NCBI RefSeq assembly: GCF_006345805.1
Contig: NC_043012.1
Coordinates: forward strand, 57,040,001-57,104,000
Reading direction: 5' to 3'
DNA length: 64,000 nt
DNA from: Octopus sinensis
Taxonomy: Eukaryota
A program made the translations under genes and the position numbers. The notes beneath the pieces are model-generated. The model saw nothing but the letters and a program-made list of their open reading frames with translations, did no database searches and was not told the DNA's origin. Within the stretch, counting starts at the first letter, position 1, and every line of letters starts with the position of its first letter. Shown here one piece after another: positions 18,284 to 31,200 of the stretch.

Positions 18284-21200
18284 TTAACGTCCGCTTTCCA
18301 TGCTAGCATGGGTTGGACGGTTCAACTGGGGTCTGGGGAGCCCGAAGGCTGCACCAGGCCAGTCAGATCTGGCAGTGTTTCTACAGCTGGATGCCCTTCC
18401 TAACGCCAACCACTCCGAGAGTGTAGTGGGTGATTTTATGTGCCACTGACACAGGTGCCAGACGAGACTGGCGAACGGCCATGCTCGGATGGTGTTTTTT
18501 ATGTGCCACCGACACAGGTGCCAGACGAGGCTGGCAGACGGCCACGCTCAGATGGTGTTTTTTATGTGCCACCGACACAGGTGCCAGACAAGGCTGGCGA
18601 ACGGCCACGCTCGGATGGTGTTTTTTATGTGCCACCGACACAGGTGCCAGACGAGGCTGCAGACGGCCACGCTCAGATGGTGTTTTTTATGTGCCACCGA
18701 CACAGGTGCCAGATGAGGGTGGCGAACGGCCACGATCGGATGGTGTTTGTTACGTGCCCACAGCACGGAGGCCAGTCGATGCGGTACTGGCTACGGCCAC
18801 GTTCAGATGGTTTTCTTGTGTGCCACCGGCACTGGTACCACAAAGATACAAATTCCATTGATGTTCATCTATTTTGATTTGTTTTGATTTTGATTTTCAC
18901 TTGCCTCAACAGGCCTTCACAAGTGTCACAAGAAGGAAGGTATGCCCAGGTGGACTGACTACGTCCCAGGTAGGGGCCACGGGTTATGGCCTGACTAGTC
19001 TTGCCGGGTCTTCGGATGGTGTTTTTATGTGCCACCGACACAGGTGCCTAGTCTTGCCGGGTCTTCGGATGGTGTTTTTATGTGCCACCGACACAGGTGC
19101 CAGATGAGGCTGGCGAACGGCCACGATCGGATGGTGTTTGTTACGTGCCCACAGCACGGAGGCCAGTCGATGCGGTACTGGCTACGGCCACGTTCGGATG
19201 GTTTTCTTGTGTGCCAACGGCACTGGTACCACAAAGATACAAATTCCATTGATGTTCATCTATTTTGATTTGTTTTGATTTTGGTATTTCAATCTGGCAT
19301 TTATTTTATAGATCTCTGCTTGATGAACTTCTAACTTGGAGACATAGTGGGACGAATGATTGTGTAGTTGAGAAGTTTGCTTCCCAACCATATGGTTCCA
19401 TGTTCAGTCCCTTTGCATGGTAGCTTGGACAAGTGTTTTCTACTATAGCCCCTAGATCAACCGTAGATATCTGACCGAATTTGGTAAACGGAAACTGCAG
19501 GGTTGTTAATCACAAAATGACCGGAAAGCATGTTCATAAGGTAGAGTTGTTTGCTTCATGTTCCACGTGTGCTAATTCTGCCCGTAAGAAAGAAACAATG
19601 TGACTGTAGGTCATTACACCTTGGCAACGCCGGGGTGCATTGCTACTATACACCTAAAACCACACTAATAGCTTAGGAGTGAAATTTAGGATTTCACAGT
19701 TTTCTGTGAATCGATTTTGATAAAACTTTTCCCAGCTGGTTTGCATACTATAGCAACACTATTGTTTTGTTGTCATTATTTTGCGTAACGTCCTTTCGTT
19801 TTTTTTTATTTCAGATTCTTCAGTTTTTGGGTGTACCACACTAATAACTTTTAAATGAAAATAGTCTATCTAGACATTTTTCCAGAAAATGAAGGGGGAT
19901 CTTTACCTTTTGACTGACAGATTTAAAAAATAATTTTTTGTAACTAAACACTTTCAAACTTCGTATACTGGTAGAATGTGTCACATAAAACATCTTTTAA
20001 TCTTGGCGTTGTTGAGAAAATTCTGTATTTTGGAAGTTATTTCTTGTTAAAGTTGTCGTATTTTGGTAATTTCAACCAATCAATGACGTGTATTCAGCTG
20101 AATAAAATTACTGCTGTTGTTTGTTAACTACAACTATTGGCGGTGTTTGTCACTGTTATTTTTGACATTGTTCATGCATTTGTACTGGTTTTAGCTTTAA
20201 GGTGTTAGGGTTAGGATTTTAGGGTTAAGGTTTTAGGGTTAGGGTTTTAGAGTTAGGTTTAAGGTTTTAGGGTTAGGGTTACGGAAAAAAATGAAAAATG
20301 AAGCACGAACAATTATGGTGGTGCTATAAAGTAAACATGCTTCAGATACACTCGTTTATTCATACAAACGTAACTGAGATTAAATATGTCATAAATAAAA
20401 CGACAAACGAAATATACACTGCCGGAAGTTGTTAACAAACAACAGCATTAATTTTATTCATCTGAATACACATCATTGATTGGTTGAAATTACCGAAATA
20501 TGACAACTTTAACAAGAAATAACTTCCAAAATTTGAGAATTTTCTGTGACACATTCTTACCAGTATACGAAGTTTGAAAGTGTTTAGTTACAAAAAATTA
20601 TTTTTGTTACAAAACTTTACAACCATGATATTTAGGGTTCAGTCCCACAAGACAATACCTTCAGCAAGTGTCTTCTATTATAGCCGAGAGCAGACCAATT
20701 CCTTGTGAGTGTGTTTGGTACACAGGAACAGGGTGGAGGCCCATTTTGTGTGTGTGTGTGAGTGTGTTTATTATACCTCCTCATAATTTAGCTGTTCTAC
20801 CATAGAGACTGATGGAATAACTACCCAATTTTAAAATAAATGAGTTTTGGGGTTGATGTGTTTAACTAAAAAATGCCTTTTAGGTTGTGACTTAGAATGG
20901 CTGCAGTCCAACGACCAAAATGAGTTGTGGATAAAAGACGGGATATGGTATACACATAGTTACATTAAAATTCCGATTCACAAAACGTGTACAGGGCCAG
21001 AAATGTGTGTAGAGTATGTAATTGATTTAATCAATTTTATTTCTTAATTGGCCATTCTTTTATGGACATCAAAAGCATAAAAAGCAAAGCCAAGATTGGT
21101 GACTATTGCACCTACAGCTAAAAAAAGAAAAAAATCAAATAATTCAGTTCCATGCAGAGTTAAATGTTCAGTACTCAGTTTGAATGTCTTTAAACTTCAT

Positions 21201-23692
21201 ATATTCATATTGCACACAGAAAATAACACAAGTTCAATAAATATAAGGATTATGGTTTTATATTTTATTATATTTTACAGCTGTATAGATATATAAAATA
21301 TTTGTTTATTGATCTGTTACAGGAATTAGCTGAGTAAAAGTAATGATATACAAGTTAAAATGTTAAGGTATTTTTCTCAGTTATACAGTAGTGAAAGTCT
21401 TAAAATATGAAATAAACAGAAATCGTTAGGCAACCATTTTGTTTTTTATGAAGTTTGTAGCTTTTTCTAGTAACTTCTCTGAATACAGTGGTTGTATATT
21501 CTGAGATTCCAGCCACACAATTGCTTTCTTTTCAATAAATTCCCATTCACAGTGCTGGGAAGCTAATTTTTCTCTTAGTACAGCAACAACAAGAGCTGTA
21601 GCCCATACTTTATCACTAACAGATGGATTCTCATCGTTCAGATCCTTAAGAGAAATATTGAGAGCTTGAGCCAATTGATCGTCTAGATTCCAGAAACCAG
21701 AGAAAGCTTGTAGGTCAACCAAACATGTTAAAATGTCCTCATTTGTTGTCTTAGAAGACATAAAGGATTCTACATCACTCACATTTAATGATCTTCTAAA
21801 TGCCCAAGACAAGCAGCGAGAATCTACAAAATCAAAACCAGAATCCACAAAATCAGTACTAGAATCTACAGAATCAAAACTCATGCATTCAAACTCTTCT
21901 TCTAAATACTGTGGTGGTGGTGATCCTGGCACTGAACAAGAAGCCCTTTGAGACATTGGCTTACATTCCGGAATAAGCTTCTTCAAACCAACAAAACCTG
22001 TGTACTTTGAAACCAAATTAGCCACTGTACCCAAATTGACAATCTCTGATTTTATTTCATCGCCTTTACCCAAATCTTCATTTATTTCCAGTTCTTGTAT
22101 TTTCCTTTTCACACAAAGACGGTGTATTGTCATTTCTTTATCATTCTGTCTGAACAACCTTGCTTCAAAATCAAGTGAAAAGTCTGATTCACCAATTTTA
22201 CCACAAAGATTCAATTTCACATTTTTGCAACTAGTCTCAGTTTCATGCAAAACTAGATAAAGGATTAATTTTTCTTCACTGAAAATACATGGCAGCCTTT
22301 CTGGAACTGAAATAAAGGATAATTCTTTATTGTTTTCACCATGTTTAGCAGAGAGACAAACCGAAGATACAAATGGTTGCATTGACAATTTTAATAAACG
22401 CATAACTTTTGCCTTAAGGTTGTCGTTTGTCATCACAAACTCTGCTTGTCCCTTCCCTGCGCAGGCAATACCTTTGACCAATTCTGTAGAAGCTCCAGAA
22501 CCAATACCAATTGTGAAGTATCGTGTGTTGTTTACTTGTGACTTGACCAATTGAATGACATCGTTTGTGTTGTAGACTTCACCATCAGTTATTAAGAATA
22601 CTTGTCGATGGAAATTTTGAAATGGTTTTTTGTCAGAGAGTGATTTCAGTGCATCAAGAATTTCTGTCCCTCCTGAAGCATATAGATTTTTCTGGAATTT
22701 CAATGCTTCATTCAGAGAATCTTCACTATATTCTCGGCTTCCTTCTTTGAACAGAAATTCAAAATCATTATTGAAACTGATAACATTAAATGAGCAATCC
22801 AAAGGTAAACTTTTTAAGAAAAGTAACAAAGTATCTTTTGCTGCTTCAATTTTCTCTCCACTCATGCTTCCTGAGCGATCAATAACAAAAATATAGTCAT
22901 TAGCGGCAGATTGTTTCACTTGCGGGAGTTTTGGAAATACATTTATCATCATAATATCTTTAGAAAACATTCCTTTAGAATTCTCATCTCCTTTCTCTAA
23001 AATTACTTGTGGTTTTTCTACATCTTCATAGTACACTTGCAGAAGAAGGTCTTTCTCAAAACTGAATTCCTTTGCCATTCTCACAGTTGCATGACACTTG
23101 TTATCCTGATATTCCACCTTAACTGGATGTTCTGATTTGATGTCTTTGATTTGTGAATTCCAGTTGACGGAGGCATTGAAACTAAACTCTTTTGGTTTAG
23201 GTGCATTTTGATAATTTTCATCTGCAGGTTTAAGACCATATCTGGGATTAAGCACAAATGGCATATGAAATTTCACTGCCCCATCAACTTCACAAGAAAG
23301 TTCAGAAACAAGGCATATTTGTAAAAGGATCTTTTCATTTGCTGGAATATTACCTAAACTATACTCAAAAATATCGCCAGATGTACTTGTCTCTCGCAAC
23401 AAAATGGCAGACTGACCTTTATCTACAGCTTCTTTGTATTCCTTTTTGGCAACATCTTTGTCTTTAGATTTGGCAACTAAATGGACATCACCAATTTTAG
23501 CTTCGAATTTATATACGGCACTGTCTTCTTCCACAGGGAAAACAAACTTAGCTTCTGTCTTGTGTTGGCTTTCATTTATATATTCAGCCTCGATGTTGAC
23601 GTGTGACGTAAAACCATTAATGGAAATCGTGTGTGTGGCATAGAGAAGAGAAACCTTTGTTTTATTTTCACAGATGATTCCAAATACCATTA
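17529..23692. repeat. Segmental duplication copy 2 (VWA5A block)
   Basis: Co-linear with 913-6107 except for a ~1.03 kb insertion (18254-19283), small indels and the divergent cassette. Confidence 0.95.
18254..19283 (-). mobile_element. RTE-tail-type SINE/retroelement insertion with ~63-bp internal tandem repeats, only in copy 2
   Basis: (CAT)n tail, GGATGCCCTTCCTAACGCCAACC motif shared with many copies in the window, about five 62-63 bp units at 18438-18730. Absent at the equivalent position (~1654) of copy 1. Confidence 0.7.
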
Positions 23693-23702
23693 GTCTATTC
23701 AT
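21426..23702 (-). CDS. VWA5A: VWA5A-like, copy 2 (~758 aa from ATG 23702; an in-frame upstream ATG at 23774 is probably intronic)
   Basis: Same VIT-VWA-C-terminal architecture, MIDAS DRSGS. Acceptor-like TTCTATTTTATCTAG 16 nt before ATG 23702, the same spacing as copy 1. Confidence 0.9.
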   Translation of the reverse strand: MNRLMVFGIICENKTKVSLLYATHTISINGFTSHVNIEAEYINESQHKTEAKFVFPVEEDSAVYKFEAKIGDVHLVAKSKDKDVAKKEYKEAVDKGQSAILLRETSTSGDIFEYSLGNIPANEKILLQICLVSELSCEVDGAVKFHMPFVLNPRYGLKPADENYQNAPKPKEFSFNASVNWNSQIKDIKSEHPVKVEYQDNKCHATVRMAKEFSFEKDLLLQVYYEDVEKPQVILEKGDENSKGMFSKDIMMINVFPKLPQVKQSAANDYIFVIDRSGSMSGEKIEAAKDTLLLFLKSLPLDCSFNVISFNNDFEFLFKEGSREYSEDSLNEALKFQKNLYASGGTEILDALKSLSDKKPFQNFHRQVFLITDGEVYNTNDVIQLVKSQVNNTRYFTIGIGSGASTELVKGIACAGKGQAEFVMTNDNLKAKVMRLLKLSMQPFVSSVCLSAKHGENNKELSFISVPERLPCIFSEEKLILYLVLHETETSCKNVKLNLCGKIGESDFSLDFEARLFRQNDKEMTIHRLCVKRKIQELEINEDLGKGDEIKSEIVNLGTVANLVSKYTGFVGLKKLIPECKPMSQRASCSVPGSPPPQYLEEEFECMSFDSVDSSTDFVDSGFDFVDSRCLSWAFRRSLNVSDVESFMSSKTTNEDILTCLVDLQAFSGFWNLDDQLAQALNISLKDLNDENPSVSDKVWATALVVAVLREKLASQHCEWEFIEKKAIVWLESQNIQPLYSEKLLEKATNFIKNKMVA

Positions 23703-23829
23703 GTTTGCAATGAAAGTGCTAGATAAAATAGAAGGAGAAACATCATATTTAGAAATGATATATACATGTTGCATTTAAAAGGTTATTTTATTTTTGGCGA
23801 GAGATGATAGTGCTAAGTAAATATGACTT

Positions 23830-24500
23830 CTAATTGCCAGGTCCATTGACAGCAGTTATCCTGATAATGTTCTTGGAGGCATGTGGATGAGGGGAATCTA
23901 GTGCCCCTGCTTCTGCTGTTGCTACCCATACCACCACCACTTGAACATGACAGGGGTCGAAAGAGACCAATTTAAAACTTCTTGTTTGGCTTGCAGTAGG
24001 GCCTGTGTGTACTGGAACCAAAGTCTAGAGTGACATCTAGGAAATCTACGGTGGTGAGATTAATCTTGATAGTGATTTTGTATCCCATAGAGCCTAGGGT
24101 GATAATCAGGTCCTTTCTGAGCCTATTGTGTGCCCATTGGTTCCTTTAGAGATGGCCGGACTGTCATCTCTGTAGAGACCGAAGTAGACTTACGGGAACA
24201 TCTTCCTTAAGGTAGTCATGATGTACAGTCCTATGAGATCACATATGTGAGCGCTGTCATGGGGTCCCATTACCCCATCAAAGGAAATCTAAGGGTTGGA
24301 TTGCTTGACCCATGTCAAATCTTTACTGAACAGCACTGTTCTCCTGGCATGTATGATAACATCTATGTCTCCACTGTTAATATCTATGAAGCCCTTAGTT
24401 AAGGAAAGTGCCTTGACCAGCAGCCCTTTTGATATAAATAGATAAAAGTTGACTATATTGAATTGTGTAAACCTTGCTTCACCTCTTCCCCCGGTTGGCA
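23830..24500 (-). pseudogene. Degenerate Penelope-like element reverse transcriptase fragment
   Basis: Across frames reads FNIVNFY...LLVKALS...HARRTVLF...WVK, SFDGVMGPHDSAHICDLIGLYI, GLYRDD, VDFLDVTLD, with stops and frameshifts. Confidence 0.75.
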
Positions 24501-25554
24501 TTAAAACCAGAGGGCCACCTCTTTGGTGCTATGCCATAGAGAGGAGCTGGATGCCCTCCCTAGAAAGAAACTCATGAATCTCTCTCTCTCCCTGTCACTC
24601 TCTCGTACACACACTATGCATGAACTCAGAATGTCTGTGTGAGAAGGAGGGAGAAAAAGAAACAGAGTGAATGAATTTACGTGTGAAAGAGAGACATGGA
24701 GATTGAGGGAGAGAGAGGGGAGGGAGACAGAGAGAGAGAGAGAGAGAGAGAGGGAAGAAGTATTTCAGCATAAACAAGGCAGCTCCTTCGCAGTTGCTCG
24801 ACCTGCTCGAAATAGCAGCCAGTTCTTCTGAAATTTCACCCTACAGTCTTAAATAAATTCACATCGGACAACATAATCCTGTGTGAGGATGAGGTGAACC
24901 AGAAAGAAAGGGCAGGGCAGTGACGTCAATGGCTGAAGGGCCCTACTGGAAGAGGAAAAGACCAGTGTGGGTCTCTTTGACCTTGGGCAGCAATAGTGGA
25001 CGGAAGCATGTAGACATGCGAGTGAGACAGGGCATTAGTGGTAGGTTCTAGTGGTAGGTCAGAAGAATTTTTCCGAGGGATTGGGAAGAGGAGTTTCGGA
25101 AAATTCACATAACCTGGCTTTTTCCCCTCAAAACTTTCAGGAAAATGGGTATCTTTTAATGAAAGTTTTTACAAATCCCTTTCAAACAGCATAGATTACG
25201 ATTGTAAAGAAATTTGTGAGGAAAATTTTTTCCCAGAGGAGTTTTGGATCAATAAGACCACATAAGTTGGAATTTCTCTGTTTTGGTTGGGACTTTTCCA
25301 ATTTGTTTTTCACCACAGCTTCAAAATGATGGCGGGTGAAGGTGAGAGGGTCATCATTTTATGGAAAAAAGTTTTGAAAATTTTTTATACAACCCCCTTC
25401 CCCTCATCATCTCACTCTGGACCGATTTTGGCCAGTTCATTTTTGCACTTAAAAACCATGGAAGGAGCCTTTTCAGTAAAAATAAAGAAAACTTATAAAT
25501 ATATTCAGAGGAAAAGGTGTGCAATTCAAGGGAGAGTTGGCTGTTGTTTCTAGG

Positions 25555-26055
25555 GGATTTTCAGAAAATTCACAAGGTCCGATTTTTCTGTCATAAATTC
25601 GGGTAAAATAGATATATATTGATTTTTTTTACGGAATCCCACATTTTTAGTTATGGAGGATCCGATTCTGAAAAAACAAAAATTTCAAAAATCACATTTC
25701 TGAAATTTCATTATGTTTTGTGAGATTTGGTTATTATTTCTAGCATGTGGATAGCTGGCTTGAAAGCCTGAGAGTATATTATATATTTTTTTTTTGCTTG
25801 TTGAAAAACTGAAATTTTACAAACGATTTTTTTCCAAAATCGTAATCTTTGTATTTTTCTACGTATTTTGCAAAAAAAAGAAAAAGGTTCTTGAAAAATG
25901 CAAAATGAAGAGTGGAGGATTGAAATTTTGAAAATGCGATTTTGAAATTTTTTTTTCAGAATTGGATCCTCCATAACCAAAAAAATCAATATATATCCAT
26001 TTTTACCTGAAGTTATGACGGAAAAATCGGATCTTGTGAATTTTCCGAAAATCTC
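25555..26055. mobile_element. MITE-like element with ~125-bp inverted arms
   Basis: GAAAATTCACAAGGTCCGATTTTT...GGAGGATCCGATTCTGAAAAAA is mirrored by TTTTTTCAGAATTGGATCCTCC...AAAAATCGGATCTTGTGAATTTTC. Confidence 0.5.
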
Positions 26056-26439
26056 CTCCCCCCACCACCCCAGGGTCATCAGTGTGCATTTTTTATTTTC
26101 ATATTTGTTTTCCACTCACTTGTTAACACTCCCCAGGCTGGTTATTTTTTTTCTTTCTTTTGTTCTTGGGTGAAGGTCATTATATTGGCCAAAATATTTT
26201 CATTGCTTTGAGACTGCGACCTGTTCACTGACAAAATTCTGTGCTGCACGTTTTCAAAATTTTACTTTACCCCTACCTATTCCTTGCTTTCCAAAAGCAT
26301 AATAGTCCATACAAAAATGCGCACAAAGGAACAGTGTGGGGTGGGGAGAGGACTTTCGGAAAATTCACAAGATCCGAGTTTTTCCCTCATAACTTTTAGG
26401 AAAATCGGTTTCACTTTTTTAATGAAATTTTATATAAAT

Positions 26440-26680
26440 AGTGAGCTGGCGGCAAGCTGGCAGAAACATTAGCGCGCCGGGTGAAATGCTTAGCGCTATT
26501 TCGTCTGCCGTTACATTCTGAGTTCAAATTCCGCCAGAGTCGACTTTGCTTTTCATCCTTTCGGGATCGATAAATTAAGTACCAGTTACGCACTGGGGTT
26601 GATGTAATCAACTTGATCCCTTTGTCTGTCCTTGTTTATCCCCTCTATGTTTAGCCTCTTGTGGGCAATAAAGAAAGAAG
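26440..26680 (+). mobile_element. tRNA-derived SINE family B (representative). Other copies ~31370-31575, 33100-33740, 34360-35000, 40237-40870, 47205-47415, 48410-49110, 49760-50170, 59640-60250, 63400-63615
   Basis: Pol III-like head GAGCTGGCAGAAACGTTAGC...GAGTTCAAATTCC followed by GCCTTTCATCCTTTCGGGGTCGATAAA (resembles the MetaSINE central domain); many dispersed copies. Confidence 0.8.
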
Positions 26681-28154
26681 AAATTTTATATAAATAGCTT
26701 GCAAACGGAATAGATTACGATAATATTGAAATTTGTGGGGAAAATCTTTTAAAAGAGGTTGGAGAGAGGACATTCAGAAAATTCACAAGGTCCAATTTTT
26801 TCCCCATAACTTTGAGGAAAACTGATAGCTTTCAATGAAATTTTATATAAATATGCTCAGTGTTTTGAGTGTGAATAGAAAGGCATGCCATTTGAAAGGT
26901 ATTAATATAGGATCACTCCATTGGTTACAACAACGAAGATCCCAGCTGATACAATCAACGGAACAGCCTGCTCGTGAAATTAACGTGCAAGTGACTGAGC
27001 AATCCACAGACACATGTACCCCTAACGTAGTTCTCAGGGAGATTCAGCGTGACACAGAGTGTGACAAGGCCAGCCCTTTGAAATACAGGTACAACTAATT
27101 TTTGCCAGCTGAGTTGACTGGAGCAACGTGAAATAAGGTGTCTTGCTCAAGGACACAACGCATCATCAGGAATTGAACTCATGACCTTAAAATCGTGAGC
27201 CGATTGCCCTAACCACTAAGCTATGCGCCTTCATATTAATATAAAATTTCATTAGAAGATATCCATTTCACCCGTTGCTCTATTTTCTTTGTTTTTGTTT
27301 CCAGGTAACATTGTAAACATTAACCCCTATCATTTATAGAAAAAATAAATATTGATCAGGTCACCTGTCAATGATGATTGATGTCCAATATAGATGTTTT
27401 AGCAACTTTTTACAGAAAGGTAAAAGCAATATCACCAACTTCGAGGAAATAGATTTCAAAAGGGGTAAAAATACGTTTAAAAGCAATAGAAAAACTAATG
27501 AGCACAAACTAATTATAAGAAAAGACCGTTGTTTAGATTAAGTCATTTGTCAATTATCACGGTCCATGAAGAAGCTTTAAAATTATCGCAGTAAGTTGTT
27601 ACTTACCTGTTGAGAGAAGTAAAAGGTGAAATATGTCTCGTTGATAAGTTTAAAGTTCTTTGCTGATAATAATGAGTTTATAATTCAAGAGGATAAAATA
27701 AACAATGGGTATATAGCCTGGTTTTTTTTTTTTTGTCTCTTTTCTTCTATCCAAATAAATTGTACGAAATGAAACTGGGAATATATTAAGTTCTGGGTGG
27801 AAAGAGTTAAGAAATGTTATTTTTTTTAAAGCAGTGTTATTGTATTATTGTTATTGGTATTGTAGTGGCTCCTAATGGCTTAAAGGTTCTGTTTTCGGTG
27901 TACGATGTGTCAGAGGAGATGTATGAACAACTGGGGTTGGAGAAAATAGTAAATGTTTTGAATAAAACATATTTTAAACACAACACAAAAACAGTTAATG
28001 AACCGGATTACATAATTGTCCATCAATAACAACAATGTATATATTCATATAGATTTTAAGGAGTACTCAAGCAGCTGCAGTCAAATGACTGAAACAAACA
28101 AAAGAATATATATATATGTATGTATAAATAAATAGATAAATGTATATATATATA

Positions 28155-28557
28155 GGAGTGGCTATGTGGTAAGTAGCTTGCTTACCAACCACATGGTTCC
28201 AGGTTCAGTCCCACTGTGTGGCACCATGGGCAAGTGTCTTCTACTATAGCCTCGGGCCGACCAAAGCCTTGTGAGTGGATTTGGTGGGTGGAAACTGAAA
28301 GAAGCCTGTCGTATACATGCATATATGTTTGTGTGTGTATATGTTTGTGTGTCTGTGTTTGTCCCTCCAACATCACTTGACAAATGATGCTGTTGTGTCT
28401 ACGTCCCTGTAACTTAGTGGTTTGGCAAAAGAGACCAATAGAATAAGTACTAGGCTTGAAAAATGAAAAAGTCCTGGGAGTAGATTTGCTTGACTAAAAG
28501 CGGTGCTCCAGGATGGCCACAGTCAAATGACTGAAACAAGTAAAAGAGTAAAAGAGA

Positions 28558-28560
<3 letters not shown>
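28155..28560 (+). mobile_element. tRNA-derived SINE family A (representative). Other copies ~29551-29985 (-), 32180-32480+33870-33990, 45033-45465, 51450-51790, 60545-60900, 61975-62340
   Basis: Head GGAGTGGCTGTGTGGTAAGTAGCTTGCTTACCAACCACATGGTTCCAGGTTCAGTCCC with A/B-box-like motifs, internal (TG/TA)n and a shared 3' tail. Confidence 0.8.
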
Positions 28561-28599
<39 letters not shown>

Positions 28600-28610
28600 A
28601 GAGAGAGAGG

Positions 28611-28650
<40 letters not shown>

Positions 28651-29999
28651 AGGAAAAGCCGAGAGGCTAGCAAAGCCCATCAATGTTTATACTGACCATT
28701 ACCAAAACAGCATCCTTCAACCACTAAGGACCAGTTGAAGCACTTAAGTATTGAATTGATGTTTTTTTTACTTTTTATTTCCTTTTTTTCTCCTCTGACA
28801 TACTTTTGTTTTCCTGATAGTTAAATCAAGCAGTGACTAACTGAATCAAAGGTTTAGTGTTTGAGTTGATAGCTAATCGTATATCTATCTTTTGTGTGTC
28901 ATGTTTGTCACAGTAGATTCCGCAATCATATCCTGGAGTGGTTTCCTAAATACAAGGGGTCTGTTCTGCGTGTATTGTTATATATATTCTGTTATTCAGT
29001 TACTTGTTTGAATCATTGGGCTGTGGCCATGCTGGGGTACTGCCTTCAGACATTCAGTTGAATATATCTGTTAAAACCACATTTCATTTTCCTGGCTGAG
29101 ATTTGAAACTGAATCTAACAATTCTTGCTCGCCGGATCCACCCGCTACTTGCTTACCAAGCGAGAAAATCTTTTTGTCCTCTCAAAGTGATTGATGAGTT
29201 TCCACTTGACCTCTGACCTGGTTGTGTCACTGGGAAATTCAAATGGACAACAAGTGACCACACTGAACATAAAGTACTCTTATAAATGATATATCCATCC
29301 TTCTTGCTAGAACGGGCCATAATAAAATACCAGTTCTGTAGGCAGACACGAACAGTGGGCCGAGAGAAACTAGAGAGATAGCTACAGAGCAGAGAAGGTA
29401 GAGAGACAACATAGCAAAAGTGATGGGCAAATGCACACACAGACATGAAATATGTCTTGTCCCATTAACATTCTCTTTCCCCCATTTTACTTCTCACAGT
29501 TCTCTGTGTACACAGCTTCACCAACTCGAAGTAGTTGGCTGCATTAAGTACTCTTTACTCTTTACTTGTTTCAGTCATTTGACTGTGGCCATGCTGGAGC
29601 ACTGCCTTTAGTTGAACAAATCAACCCTAAGACTTCTTCTTTGTAAGCCTAGTACTTATTTTATCGGTCTCTTTTGCTGAACCACTAAGTTACGGGGGAC
29701 GTAAACACAACAGCATCAGTTGTCATGCGATGTTGGGGGGGGGGGGGCAAACACAGGCACACAAACACACACACACAAGCACATGCACACACACACACAC
29801 ACACACGCACATACATATATACGACAGGCTTCTTTCAGTTTCCGTCTACCAAATCCACTCACAAGGCTTTGGTCAGCCCGAGGCTATAGTAGAAGACACT
29901 TGACCAAGGTGCCAAACAGTGGGACTCAACCCAGAACCATGTGGTTGGTAAGCAAGCTACTTACCACACAGCCACTCCTGCGCCTCCTGCACTACCTGA

Positions 30000-31200
30000 A
30001 CTTTTCCCATCCTATTCTTTTTCTAGCAGTTACACTTTCAGAGTATGCATCTCTGGTACTAAGTAGGTGATTCAGGTAACAGAAACTATCCATCATTCCA
30101 GGAAGCTTCCTGGATTTTTTGAGGGTGTATTTTCCATGTACATTTTCCATGCTACATATGAACATTACTTTCTCCATTAGCCTTCCTGTGATTTCACTGC
30201 ACTTCGTGTGTGTCCGTAGTTTGCTCTATATACACCATATGGAATTCTTGCTTCCACCTTTTCCACACATCAAGCATAGCGATTTCTCTGAAGGAAATAG
30301 AATTCTGTCTGTTTTCCTGCTTACTAAGACTTTGGTTTTTGCAAAGTTAACTTTAAGATCTTTTGATTTCAGGTTTTGTTTCTACACCAGGAAATCTTTT
30401 CTGATTCTCTTACAGATTCCACTATGAGGATGAGATCATCTGTATACAGTAGTTCCCAGGGACTAACTGTCTTGAACCTTTTGTTTTTATGGCCTGGGAG
30501 GCAATAATAAAAAGGAGGGGACTGAGAACAGAGTTCTGGTGAGATCCTACCTATACTATAAATTTGTCACTGTAGACTCTTCCCGAGTCATATAGAGTTT
30601 CTTGGCTTCTGTGTCATAAATAGTGACACAAACATTCCTCACCTGAGTAAGATTTTAGTCCACCACAGGTTTACTTAGTTTTGCCACTTGAGTGGATTGG
30701 ATTGGAGCAATGTGAAATGAAGCGTTATGTTCCAGAACTCAATGCATTGCCCAGTCTAAGAATTGAAACCACAGTCTGACAATCATGAGTCCAACATCCT
30801 AACCACTAAGCCATGTGCCTCCGCAGTTTGTCACTGTACTCATAGCTAACTTTCATCTTACTGGCAGCGACTATATACATGGCTTTTATAACTCTCAAAA
30901 GTCATTCCTCCAAGACCACCAGATCACAAAGGATCCTGTCAAAGGCTTTCTCCAAGTCGACGAATGCCAAGTATAATGTCTGACCTTTAGCTAAATACTT
31001 TTGCAGTTGTCTTACCAGAAAGAAAGCATCAGTAATACTCCTCACTGGTACAAAACCAAACTGCGTCTGATCTAGACTAATTTTCTTCCTAATTAATTAC
31101 ACTATGACTCTTTCTGTAACTTTCATGATCTGATCCAACAATAAGATATCTCTGTAATTATATTTGTCTAAAGCGTCTCCTATACCCATGTACAGTTGGC
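30000..31200 (-). pseudogene. Degenerate RTE-clade LINE reverse transcriptase fragment
   Basis: QFGFVP...AFVDLEKAFDR, ELLYTDDLIL and SVTARKRIGWEKFR pieces with disruptions. Confidence 0.75.

Noticed and set aside
18438-18730. 63-bp repeats and their overlapping ORFs as a repeat protein or CRISPR
   Set aside because: No spacers; ORFs are open in several frames on both strands only because of the repeat; the sequence is part of a dispersed retroelement family.
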